A stretch of 40,954 bases of DNA from a virus: the IMG/VR virus record IMGVR_UViG_3300026484_000005, positions 1 to 40,954 of that record; one strand, written 5' to 3'. The notes below the pieces were generated by a model. It did not search any database and had not been told where the DNA came from. It saw nothing but the letters and a program-made list of their open reading frames with translations. Below, piece after piece: positions 15,398 through 24,878 of this stretch. The position numbers and the translations under genes are program-made. Within the stretch, counting starts at the first letter, position 1, and each line of letters opens with the position of its first letter.

Positions 15398-17790
15398 TTA
15401 CAATCCTTTACCATATCATCTAATTTCATTTTAATAATTTTCTCAGCTTCTTTTGGGTGTAACTTAACACCCTCAGATTTTTCTATATACTTAATTAACT
15501 GCTTAGCTTCATCAGTTATAATATTTTTAACCACTTTTATATTATGATTAGCATCATCTACCTTAAGTTTCTTTCTAGTATTTTTAAGTATACCCTCAAA
15601 TCTATTTTTAGCTACACCTTTAGGAGTGAAGTACTGTTTATGAATATAGTCTACTGTAGCATCAGTGCCTTTCATAGCATCTCTAACCATTTGCCATTGA
15701 GCATCCTGAACTCTTATTTTACCAGCAAGTTCTCTTCTAACAGCACTAGCTTTAGAACCTTCAGGTAAATTATTCATGACCCTAGGTATATCCTCTGAAG
15801 GTATAGTCTTGCCATCTACTATGAAGGTATCACCTGTTGGTGTCTTTTTGCTATAACCCAACTGAATGGGTTTACTAGTGCTTTTCAATGCTTCCTGAGC
15901 ATTTAACTCCTGCAGTTTTGTTATGTAATCAGTACCAATCTCCTCCTTAACTGACTGAGGTAGTTTCTCAAATGTCTTACTAAGGTCAGCAGAACCTGTT
16001 GGAGTTTTAAGTATATCAGCTAAATCATCCATCTTTCTAAGGTGTTTAGCAGTACTGCTATATGGAACATGCTTACGGGCCATGTTAGCTACTTTATTGA
16101 TAATATACACTAAAGCCTTACCCTCAGCAGTAGTTGCAATAGATGCACCTTCATGACCCATACTAGTGTTTAGAAGCCTAGTAGCATCATCAGTTTTAAA
16201 TGTTGTTTTGAATGAGTCAACTATCTCTTGAAGTCTTTTACCTTCAGGTGTAACAAAGCCCTTGTTTCTAAGATTTGAACTTACTGTCTTCCATGATTTG
16301 TTATCACTAAGTGCTGAACTTATAATACTTTTCTCTAAGGACTGTGTTTTATCAGCACCTACAAGTGTAGAAATATTTTCAAAAATATCATCACCTCCTG
16401 ATACTTTACCAATCTTAGCCATAACTTCCTCAGGAGTACTTTTTGGATTACCTTTGTATGATTTACTTCTTGCAGTAGCTATAAGGTCACCAAGTTTTGA
16501 CTCTCTAACTGTAGCCATTTTACTGTAAAGGTCATTAGTTTCTTTCCACAATTTATACTGACTTTCTGTTAAAGTGTTAGCTAATTCAGCATCAACTGCT
16601 TTACCTAATTCTGTCCATTTATGTTTACTTCTGCTTTTACTTTTCCTAATCATGCTATTGATTATAGGCATTGAGTCTACTAAGTCTTTAGAGTTAATTT
16701 GGGGATTATCTGAGCCTATTAAGTTTCTAAGTTCAGCTACATCTCCTGTAGTCGCCTCATCTAATGCTACCCAAGGTTCAGTTTCAAACTCAGCTTTAAC
16801 TGGTACACTACTTAGTGTATCCTTAACCTCTGAATACTTAGTTGCTACATCATCATATGAAGCTTTTAAATCATCTGCAAAATTAACAATATTAAAGTCA
16901 CTAGCAGCTAAATCCTTTACTGCTTTTTGTGTATCCTGAACCCTTTTGTTTAAGTTCATAACTGTTACTGGGTCACTTGAAGTTGATTGCTTAATACTAA
17001 CACCCCTATCCCCTAGCATGTCAACCATAGATTTTATTTTATTCTCAACACTATTTGACTCACCTGTAGCTTGTCTCCACTTAGTAAAGTTAGAATTAAC
17101 TGTAGCTTCATCTAAGTTGTAGTGTTCAAGCATGTAGTTGTATAGTTTGGTAGCTTTAGTTTTGTCTAACTTGTTAATAACAGCTTGAGTACCAGCACCT
17201 AAACCTCCACCTAACAACATAGCTAGGCCAGTATCTACAGCATCTCTATCAGCACCTATACTTGATGTACCAGCAATTCCAGCTTCTCTGGCACCTATAG
17301 CTAGTGCTGATTTACCTACAGATAAACCACCCAAGAGAATATTAGAAGCTATTTCACCTGCTAATGCTGGACCTTCAAGTTCTTTATCTTTAATATATTG
17401 CTCATTATCTGCTATCCATTGGTCCACTTTAGCTGACTGGCTACCTGTAAGTTTATTATAAAACCCTTCACCAAGATAAGCTACACCTAAGGTGGGTCTA
17501 GCTGCACCTCTAGCCATACCTTGTCCAACTTCACCAACTCTTTCAGTAACATTTACATTAAATGCTCCTCCATAAGTCTCTGGTTGACCAGTTGTAATAG
17601 TGCTTACAGTACCATCAGATACTGTAGGTTCTCTAAGTGTAGAATAGTCTGTAACACCAGATAATTCTGGTGCCTGCATTGATTCCATCTTAGATAAAAC
17701 ACTTGGCTCTTCAGGAGCTTCTAACTCATCCCATAGACTAGCTGAAGCTTCCTCAGCTGGAGCATCTAACTCATCCCATAAACTATTCAT
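15394..17790 (-). CDS. Large internal virion / ejection protein (798 aa)
   Basis: Lies next to the portal. Duplicated acidic N-terminal motif 'SLWDEL(D/E)AP'. Gly/Ala-rich hydrophobic segment 'GGLSVGKSALAIG...LLGGGLGAG'. No enzymatic motif recognised. Confidence 0.5.
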   Translation of the reverse strand: MNSLWDELDAPAEEASASLWDELEAPEEPSVLSKMESMQAPELSGVTDYSTLREPTVSDGTVSTITTGQPETYGGAFNVNVTERVGEVGQGMARGAARPTLGVAYLGEGFYNKLTGSQSAKVDQWIADNEQYIKDKELEGPALAGEIASNILLGGLSVGKSALAIGAREAGIAGTSSIGADRDAVDTGLAMLLGGGLGAGTQAVINKLDKTKATKLYNYMLEHYNLDEATVNSNFTKWRQATGESNSVENKIKSMVDMLGDRGVSIKQSTSSDPVTVMNLNKRVQDTQKAVKDLAASDFNIVNFADDLKASYDDVATKYSEVKDTLSSVPVKAEFETEPWVALDEATTGDVAELRNLIGSDNPQINSKDLVDSMPIINSMIRKSKSRSKHKWTELGKAVDAELANTLTESQYKLWKETNDLYSKMATVRESKLGDLIATARSKSYKGNPKSTPEEVMAKIGKVSGGDDIFENISTLVGADKTQSLEKSIISSALSDNKSWKTVSSNLRNKGFVTPEGKRLQEIVDSFKTTFKTDDATRLLNTSMGHEGASIATTAEGKALVYIINKVANMARKHVPYSSTAKHLRKMDDLADILKTPTGSADLSKTFEKLPQSVKEEIGTDYITKLQELNAQEALKSTSKPIQLGYSKKTPTGDTFIVDGKTIPSEDIPRVMNNLPEGSKASAVRRELAGKIRVQDAQWQMVRDAMKGTDATVDYIHKQYFTPKGVAKNRFEGILKNTRKKLKVDDANHNIKVVKNIITDEAKQLIKYIEKSEGVKLHPKEAEKIIKMKLDDMVKDCK

Positions 17791-19616
17791 TACTCACCTC
17801 CTATTTGTGCTCTACCTGGCATATTATTCATAGCTTGACCTTGACTCATTTGCCCAGGAAGCTGACCTTGTTGCATGGCTGCTTGTTGTTGTCCACCTAA
17901 CATCATAGCTGTCTCATCTAAGATACTAGCTAGTTCAGGACTATATTTAGACTTAACATTTTTAATTGATAATGCACCTGCTCTAAAGTATCCTGCTGGA
18001 TTAACCTGACTAAGTATATTACCTAAAGGTCCATTAATAAACTGTTCTAGCAGTTGTTGGTTCTTTTCATCATCATCATTAAAACTAACAGAGTCTATCT
18101 CAATCTCAGCTTTAGTGAATGTTATGTCAGTATCCATAGTTGGAATAGGAGCCATAATTATGTTGCCAAACTCATCTTTAACTGGCTTACCACTAGCTGG
18201 TTCTAGTACCTCTTCAAATACCATACGAGTCTGAGGTAATCCAGTTTGTGAGTCTATATATCCAGTAGGTATCTCTAGAGGTTTATTTAGCTCTATCCAC
18301 TTGTTACCTTGGTAGTTATCTGATACTCTTATAACATCATGAGCAGTATAATACTGTTTAATTAAATTAACTATATCCCAACCTAATAGTCTATAGAATT
18401 GCTCTATCTTAGAAGTACTATATCTTTGTGCAACCATTGAAGCATTTTGCTGTAACTTAACCTTCGCTCCACTATCAGATGCATATGCCATACCTAGGAA
18501 ACTATCATTTATACTAAGTACTCTCTGGACTCTATCTAAGGCCTTGTCAATAACAGTATATTGGTCAAGAACTTCTCTTGTTAAACTTTCAATCCTAATT
18601 CCAGCTAACTTTTTAACTGGTATAATAGCATTTACTCTGTTAAATTGGTCAGTAAAATCTGCTAAGTTGTCTACTGCATTGTCTTCTACAAAAGCTTTCT
18701 GTGTATTAACCATTAACTGAATTTTAATAAGTGCTTGGTTAATAGCATTTTGAGTTTCTGTAACTTCTCTAAACATACCATAAAATTCTACTTTATTTGA
18801 AGTGTTGAGCTTCTGGACTCTATAAGGATTTTTTACATCCTTATAAGTAACCTCTTCCTTGCTTAAAATAGTGTCACCACTCCAATAAACTGACCAAGTC
18901 TTGTCACCATCTTTCATAATAGTATGAACTATTAAATAGTTATCAAACCTTTTATATTGACCCTGGAACTCTGTACCATAAGTGTAAGCAAACTCTGCTT
19001 CATCAATATTTAAGTGGTTGTAGTAAGAGCCTAGTTTCTCTCTTTTTCTTTTACCAAATAAGCTATCTACCTCTTCCTCAGCTACCCATTTAAACCTATG
19101 AATGTATCTAGCATCTGAGTAGTCATCTAATCTACTCATTGGGTCAAGAGCTATTTCAAGTGAAGGTACATGATTAATTTTAATCTCATACTTAGGTCTT
19201 CCAAACTCATCTGTTTCCTCAGTTTTAACTACATCAGTATAACTACACATTAAACCAGTTAGTATACAGTCTAACTTAATTTTGTCACCTTCAAGTGCAA
19301 AGTTATTAGTTCTAAAGATGTAGTCAGTAGTGTCTTGAAGTACTGAAGCAGTAATAATACTTTCCTCTTTAGCTGGGTTAATTTTAACATTATTAACTAT
19401 TGTTGAGTAGTAGCCTAATAGCATTCTACCAAATAACTTAATAATATTAAAAGTCTCAGCAGGTTGACCCCTTAGGGCTAGTGTGTTTAGCTGGTCTGTA
19501 GTATAGTGCCTATTGTGGTAAAAGTCTAGTACTTTGAGAGCCTCCTTACGAGACTTTTCAAAAGCATCATAGCTAATCTTGAATGTATCTTTAAGATTTT
19601 CTATTGTTGGTTTCAT
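17790..19616 (-). CDS. Portal protein
   Basis: N-terminal 'FYHNRHYTTDQLNTLALRGQPAETFNIIKLFGRMLLGY' matches the portal pattern (Y..G.q....l..l...grp...N.i...v). Size is 608 aa with a Q-rich C-terminal tail. Confidence 0.75.
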   Translation of the reverse strand: MKPTIENLKDTFKISYDAFEKSRKEALKVLDFYHNRHYTTDQLNTLALRGQPAETFNIIKLFGRMLLGYYSTIVNNVKINPAKEESIITASVLQDTTDYIFRTNNFALEGDKIKLDCILTGLMCSYTDVVKTEETDEFGRPKYEIKINHVPSLEIALDPMSRLDDYSDARYIHRFKWVAEEEVDSLFGKRKREKLGSYYNHLNIDEAEFAYTYGTEFQGQYKRFDNYLIVHTIMKDGDKTWSVYWSGDTILSKEEVTYKDVKNPYRVQKLNTSNKVEFYGMFREVTETQNAINQALIKIQLMVNTQKAFVEDNAVDNLADFTDQFNRVNAIIPVKKLAGIRIESLTREVLDQYTVIDKALDRVQRVLSINDSFLGMAYASDSGAKVKLQQNASMVAQRYSTSKIEQFYRLLGWDIVNLIKQYYTAHDVIRVSDNYQGNKWIELNKPLEIPTGYIDSQTGLPQTRMVFEEVLEPASGKPVKDEFGNIIMAPIPTMDTDITFTKAEIEIDSVSFNDDDEKNQQLLEQFINGPLGNILSQVNPAGYFRAGALSIKNVKSKYSPELASILDETAMMLGGQQQAAMQQGQLPGQMSQGQAMNNMPGRAQIGGE

Positions 19617-21205
19617 TATTTAACTTCCTCATAAATTGGATTGAATGGAGCTTCCTTCTCAAACCCTACTAGTTTCTTACCAGTCTTAGGATTTACTTGA
19701 CCTATTAAAGACTTATACTTCTCATACTTTCTTTGATAAGCATCATTTATTACAGGTTCCTTTTGAGTTGCTACTTCAGAAGTATCTTTTTGTTGTACTT
19801 CAGGCTTTTTAGTTTCTCTATATGTAGTAAATCTTACAACAGAATCTGGAGCATAGTGCTTATTATTTTCAGCTAGAATTTTATTATACTCCTTAGACTC
19901 TGAAGCAAATTTTTTCATTGCTTGTTTGACAAATGTCTCATCAGCTAAATCTCCACCTTGGAATATATTTAATAGCCTTCTAGCTTCTACATCACTAACA
20001 GTAGCACCAGACATATCCTTCATAAAACCAGCAAGTAATAAGCCTCCAGCAGTATTAAAGTCAACATTTTTTAGTGCTTGTGGAGTATCCTTACCAAAGA
20101 TTTTACTTACATAAGTTGTAAAGTTAGCTACTGTATCCTTGTCTACTTTAACTCTACCTTCATCAGCTTCTTTAAGCAGTCTATCAATGGATACAACCAT
20201 TTTATGGTTAGCTTTCATTGATTTTAAGTCATCCTTAACTTGTGTTTTTACATTAGAGTCTAAGTCGGACATAATAGAGTTTTCTAATTTAAGTAAGTCT
20301 TTTCTCTCATACTTACCACTATCAACTAAGTCAATAGCTTTTAACTGATTATTAGTTAAGTCAGATACACCTTTATCCTTCCTAGTTTGAGCTACACCAT
20401 AAATAGATTTCTCCATTACACCTTTTATATAAGCATCTCTTTCCTCTTTGGTTGCATTAGGATTGTTCCTATCAAATGTTTCTATTTGTTTTTGATACTG
20501 ACCTTTACTCTCTTTAGCTTGTTTACCTATCTGTTCATACTCTGAATATGAACCACCAGTTTTCTTATGCCATTCTAGGAAGTCCTTAGCTTTAACCTCA
20601 TCAGTAGTTAGCTTTTTACCTATATTAGCTAGTTTATTTCTTATACCTAAGTAAGCATTGAACTTATCTGATGTCATTTTATTTATGTAACCAGTCTGGT
20701 TTACAAATTCATCTAAACTAGTTAAATGCCCAGCATCTGTCATATAAAATGACCTGCCAATACCTTCCTTTTTATCCTCATCACTTAATTGTGACAAAAC
20801 TTCAGGGTCTACGCCAGCTTTAATTACCTCTGCAATGTCTTGTTTATTATTCCAATCTATTGGCCTAATACTTTTAACTCTATAGTTATTAGCAAACTTT
20901 TGAGCTAATGTTAGGTTATTTTTAATTATACTATTAAACTCTTCATAATTACCATTAGTAATTAAAGAGTCAGTAGCTTGGTCTAAGTCCTTAGCTGCCA
21001 TTTGATTTTGTAACATTACCATCTGCTTATGTAGCATTTGATTTTGAATTTTTAACTGCTCAGTATTCTGGGTAACTTTACCAGTCTTTGCTGCTTGATA
21101 AGCTGTCTTTGAAGCTTCCTGAGCTTGTAATGCTTTCCTATCTTTTTCAAAACCACCTGCTAGTCCATAACCTAAAGCTTCCCATCCAGTTGGATTATAT
21201 GCCAT
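19616..21205 (-). CDS. Virion-associated hypothetical protein (529 aa)
   Basis: Translationally coupled to the portal gene within the late operon. K/E/Q-rich. No motif recognised. Confidence 0.45.
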   Translation of the reverse strand: MAYNPTGWEALGYGLAGGFEKDRKALQAQEASKTAYQAAKTGKVTQNTEQLKIQNQMLHKQMVMLQNQMAAKDLDQATDSLITNGNYEEFNSIIKNNLTLAQKFANNYRVKSIRPIDWNNKQDIAEVIKAGVDPEVLSQLSDEDKKEGIGRSFYMTDAGHLTSLDEFVNQTGYINKMTSDKFNAYLGIRNKLANIGKKLTTDEVKAKDFLEWHKKTGGSYSEYEQIGKQAKESKGQYQKQIETFDRNNPNATKEERDAYIKGVMEKSIYGVAQTRKDKGVSDLTNNQLKAIDLVDSGKYERKDLLKLENSIMSDLDSNVKTQVKDDLKSMKANHKMVVSIDRLLKEADEGRVKVDKDTVANFTTYVSKIFGKDTPQALKNVDFNTAGGLLLAGFMKDMSGATVSDVEARRLLNIFQGGDLADETFVKQAMKKFASESKEYNKILAENNKHYAPDSVVRFTTYRETKKPEVQQKDTSEVATQKEPVINDAYQRKYEKYKSLIGQVNPKTGKKLVGFEKEAPFNPIYEEVK

Positions 21206-21214
21206 TTTATCTCC

Positions 21215-21892
21215 TTATTGTAATAAAGCTTTGGTAACACCACCAACAACTTTACCTGTTAAGTTACCCATAGAACCAATATTAGCAGTACCTAGCTGAC
21301 CTGCTAAATCTGCTTGTTGTCCAGCTATACTAGCTTGAGTACTTATACCTGTTTGAGCTACTGAAGCTTGTGTCCCTAACATCTGAGTACCTTGGCCTAA
21401 ACCTAAGCCTAAGAAATTTAATCTACTCTGTTCAGCTATAGAGTCTTGAGATGCTCTAATATTAGCTTTTTGTGATGCTTCTTGACCATATAGTTGTGTA
21501 AGTCCTGCTGCCTCTATACCACTACCAGATATACCTCTTTGAGCTAATGCTTGAGATAACTGCTTTTGTGCAGTTTGGTACTCTTGAGAAGTTTGACCTA
21601 ATTGTTGTGCCACTATATCCTCTCCGGTATATCTTGCTATATAGTCAGCCTCCTGCTCCTGTATAGAGCCATAAATATCTTTCCAGTCATTATACTGGTC
21701 TTGTTGAAACTTTAACTGGTCCTCATACATCTTCATACTGGCATCTGAAGCTTCTTTGGATGCTTTAGCTGCAGCTTCTTGACCCTGAAAATTTGTAACT
21801 CCTATAGCATCAGTAGCAGTATGAAGACCAGACTCTACTGACCTTCCTACAGTGTCTAATAATTGACTACCACCACTTTCTATCTTTCCCAT
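21215..21892 (-). CDS. Gln/Gly/Ala-rich internal virion protein (225 aa)
   Basis: Low-complexity 'GQ..AQ..GI' repeats typical of podophage internal/ejection proteins. Assigned by position in the late operon. Confidence 0.45.
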   Translation of the reverse strand: MGKIESGGSQLLDTVGRSVESGLHTATDAIGVTNFQGQEAAAKASKEASDASMKMYEDQLKFQQDQYNDWKDIYGSIQEQEADYIARYTGEDIVAQQLGQTSQEYQTAQKQLSQALAQRGISGSGIEAAGLTQLYGQEASQKANIRASQDSIAEQSRLNFLGLGLGQGTQMLGTQASVAQTGISTQASIAGQQADLAGQLGTANIGSMGNLTGKVVGGVTKALLQ

Positions 21893-22302
21893 TATATCTC
21901 CTTATAATATTTAATCTCTATTGGAACTGCACCATAGCTATTGAACATTTTACCTGATTGCTTAGTAACACTATTAGCAATCCAACCTGAATAACCTAGT
22001 GATTTAATGTATCTTTCTGTCTCTTGCAAAAACTTTTTAACATAGTATCTATGTTTAGTGTCTACATACATAGAACTAAAGTTAACTACTACCTTGTTAG
22101 AACCTTCACCAAGAATAAAGCCTACTAAATTATCTTCCTTATACAGACCAAGAGCTATTGAGTTACTTTGAAGAAGCTCCTTATTAAGTAATCTTGCAGA
22201 TACAAAGTTACTATGCTTTGTAGGTAGAACTTCTTGGTAATCTTGATATAACTCTAATAGCCTATTATAGTCTTTGTCATCTATAATTTTAATTTTTATC
22301 AT
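21892..22302 (-). CDS. Hypothetical protein, possible GNAT-fold acetyltransferase
   Basis: Size and pattern 'NLVGFILGEG...MYVDTKHRYYVKKFLQETERYIKSLGY' resemble the GNAT beta4-alpha3 region. The Q/R-x-x-G-x-G/A motif is not canonical. Confidence 0.3.
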   Translation of the reverse strand: MIKIKIIDDKDYNRLLELYQDYQEVLPTKHSNFVSARLLNKELLQSNSIALGLYKEDNLVGFILGEGSNKVVVNFSSMYVDTKHRYYVKKFLQETERYIKSLGYSGWIANSVTKQSGKMFNSYGAVPIEIKYYKEI

Positions 22303-22307
22303 TGTTT

Positions 22308-22316
22308 ATTATATCA
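22308..22316 (-). promoter_or_regulatory. Extended -10 element TGATATAAT (minus strand) 5 nt upstream of ATG 22302
   Basis: Reverse complement of 22308-22316 is TGATATAAT. There is no Shine-Dalgarno sequence between it and the ATG, so the mRNA could be leaderless. Confidence 0.35.
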
Positions 22317-22336
22317 AAATCAATATTAATTTAAGG

Positions 22337-22657
22337 TTAATTATAGATAATTTTAGACTTTCTTAATGCAACTAGAATTTCATCTACCTTATCACTAATG
22401 GCTTGAACCTCTTCCTGTGTAGGAGGGTCACTAATGGTTTGGTCTAATGAGTCTATGAAATCTTGCTTAGGATTATCAGTAGCTAATGAAGGTAAGTCCT
22501 TCTTAGCTACAAAGCCATTATCCAAGTATCCAGTGTTGCTAAAAGCTACATCAATCTGTTGAATTAACTGACTTAAGAACCTCCTAAGTTGTTGAGGGTT
22601 TTCAACATCTTGAGGAACTTGTATAAATGTACTACCCTCACTTTTCTTACCTACCAT
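22337..22657 (-). CDS. Hypothetical virion-module protein (106 aa)
   Basis: Overlaps the upstream tail gene by 11 nt. No motif recognised. Confidence 0.45.
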   Translation of the reverse strand: MVGKKSEGSTFIQVPQDVENPQQLRRFLSQLIQQIDVAFSNTGYLDNGFVAKKDLPSLATDNPKQDFIDSLDQTISDPPTQEEVQAISDKVDEILVALRKSKIIYN

Positions 22658-24869
22658 TTGTTTGCCTTTCTAGTGGAACCATTTCCACATCATATAGTTT
22701 ACCTGTACCAGAGTACTCTATACTTATATAATAAGCTCTACTAATTGATGAAGGTAAAAGTATTTCCTTAGTCTCCAACTCAGCACTACTTAAAGACTTA
22801 TTAAGCACTTCAGTATTATCAAGATATATTTTTATGTCTATTGAGCCTGTATAACATAACATAAGATTTTTAAACATTTTATGATTAGTTATATTAAATG
22901 GTATTGTACCACTCTTATAACCATCTACTGTTTTATTGAACTCAATGGGTTGGTTATTTACCTTAACTATTTCTTTAAACTCTGTAGTTGAGTAAAACTT
23001 CAATGCTCCAGCGATGTTACTTTTATTATAAGAATCGAAAGTTATATCATAAACCTTTCCTGTCCCTATAACTTCAAAAACTAAAGAATAACCAGTTAAG
23101 TCTTGGAACTCAATAATCTCTTCAACTAAAGATGTACTACTTAAAACCTTAGAATACATTACTCCATCAAGGTATACTCTAAACTCTACTGAACCATTAA
23201 ATTTAACTCTTAAGTTATCAAACAAACTTAAATTTGTAGGTTCTATATTAATGTTACCACTCTTATAACCATCTACTGTTTTATTGAACTCAATGGGTTG
23301 GTTATTTACCTTAACTATTTCTTTAAACTCTGTAGTTGAGTAAAACTTCAATGCTCCAGCGATGTTATCTTTATCTAAAGTTCTATAATCTACAAAGAAT
23401 ACCTCACCAGTACCTGTAACAGTAAACTCTAAGTTATACCCAATATATTCTTCAACCTCCAGAATTTCAACAGTAGTTCTAGTTGTAGAACTTAATGACT
23501 TAGTAACTACAGTGGTTCCATCTATGATAACACTAATTGTAATACTACCTATATACTCTACTTTAAAATTGTAGTATAAGCTTTTATAATTAGGTTTATC
23601 TAATATTAGGGGACTTTTATAGCTCATAGACATAGTATTAGGGCTAGTAAACAAGCTATATAAACTACCATTTAGTGAATAGTATAGAGTATCGTTATGT
23701 ATTGAAAATCTATCTATTGTTTGAGATACCTCCCTTAGTATATTTCCAAATCTAGTATCAAGAGCTAATATCTTATCTTCATAAGCTAAGTAGTATACAT
23801 CATCAAATACTATAGAGTCTTTAATATTTGTAATTTCAATCTTACCAAGTTTATCTCTACTAGCAACCTGTATAATACCTCCATCAGATGCACATATACC
23901 ATCTGTTGATGCCCATATTAAAGTATCCTTTGCAAAACTAATAGAGCTATGGCTCAAGCATCCTTGGTTTGAACTTAATAAGTATTTAGACAAAGTCATT
24001 GGGCTTGTACCAGTAACTATATGAGTTTTATACTTAGTAAACACTAATAGACCATTAGCTGTTGCACCAATACCAGTAATATCATTATCAAACTTAATAT
24101 AATTAAAAGCACTCCAGTACTCTGTAAAAGCAATATCACTAAAGTATAATTTATTGTCTATACTACCAAAAAGCATTGCATTACTTTCAGTTAAATAGTT
24201 TAGTCCAGTTGGCGCTGGTGCATTATTATAGCTATCTAAAACACCAAGTATATAATCATCTGGTATACTAGAATTTACATCCTTAGTATTACCCTCACCA
24301 GGATTGTCAGTTTCAAAAGCTAGTGACATTGATGTAAGATTTCCACCAATTCTATAAACTCTAAGCTTATCTATACCAGGTTGACCAGTACCAACTAAGT
24401 TTTTTGTAAGTATAGCTGAGTCTATAGCTGTAATAAAACTACTATAATCGCTAGGTTGACTTTCTAGTCCAGTGGAAGAGTTATAATATGTATAACAAAA
24501 TTGATAGGAGCCATGATAATTTCCAGTATCACCTAATGCTACAGTTGGAGCACTAGGTGGTCTATCTACACCAAGAGTTAACCAGTTAGTCCCATCAGAC
24601 GTCCACATAGGCCTAGAAGAACCATCACTATAGTATAAATTATCCTGAAATATAACATAGTCTTTATAAGTGCTTGAGCTTACCCAAGAGTCTCTAAAAT
24701 TTATAAAGTAGGTTCCTATAATAGTATTTTCATTTGTGCTAGATTTTACAGGTCGTAGAGACATACTAGAGTTATCTACATTAGTATACTCAACTGCCTC
24801 ATTTGCATTTATTAAATGAGGAGATAAACGAATGTTTATCCCTCCATTAAATTGAGTTAATTGTGCCAT
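22647..24869 (-). CDS. Tail protein with a beta-rich N-terminal domain and three tandem C-terminal modules
   Basis: Three repeats share the pattern '..Y.GSI.I.V..DG..V..KSLSS......EI......GY.L.F.V.GTG.V'. They are separated by a 37-aa linker that occurs twice, identically. Confidence 0.6.
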   Translation of the reverse strand: MAQLTQFNGGINIRLSPHLINANEAVEYTNVDNSSMSLRPVKSSTNENTIIGTYFINFRDSWVSSSTYKDYVIFQDNLYYSDGSSRPMWTSDGTNWLTLGVDRPPSAPTVALGDTGNYHGSYQFCYTYYNSSTGLESQPSDYSSFITAIDSAILTKNLVGTGQPGIDKLRVYRIGGNLTSMSLAFETDNPGEGNTKDVNSSIPDDYILGVLDSYNNAPAPTGLNYLTESNAMLFGSIDNKLYFSDIAFTEYWSAFNYIKFDNDITGIGATANGLLVFTKYKTHIVTGTSPMTLSKYLLSSNQGCLSHSSISFAKDTLIWASTDGICASDGGIIQVASRDKLGKIEITNIKDSIVFDDVYYLAYEDKILALDTRFGNILREVSQTIDRFSIHNDTLYYSLNGSLYSLFTSPNTMSMSYKSPLILDKPNYKSLYYNFKVEYIGSITISVIIDGTTVVTKSLSSTTRTTVEILEVEEYIGYNLEFTVTGTGEVFFVDYRTLDKDNIAGALKFYSTTEFKEIVKVNNQPIEFNKTVDGYKSGNINIEPTNLSLFDNLRVKFNGSVEFRVYLDGVMYSKVLSSTSLVEEIIEFQDLTGYSLVFEVIGTGKVYDITFDSYNKSNIAGALKFYSTTEFKEIVKVNNQPIEFNKTVDGYKSGTIPFNITNHKMFKNLMLCYTGSIDIKIYLDNTEVLNKSLSSAELETKEILLPSSISRAYYISIEYSGTGKLYDVEMVPLERQTNGR
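22907..23019. repeat. 113-bp perfect direct repeat, copy 1 (inside the tail gene)
   Basis: Identical to 23255-23367 at an offset of 348 bp (116 codons). Encodes 'NIAGALKFYSTTEFKEIVKVNNQPIEFNKTVDGYKSG'. Confidence 0.95.
23255..23367. repeat. 113-bp perfect direct repeat, copy 2 (inside the tail gene)
   Basis: Identical to 22907-23019. Confidence 0.95.
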
Positions 24870-24878
24870 TATATACTC

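Noticed and set aside
22907-23367. The 113-bp repeat pair as the template/variable repeats of a diversity-generating retroelement.
   Set aside because: The copies are identical, with no adenine-specific differences. Both lie in the same ORF, and no reverse transcriptase gene exists in the genome.
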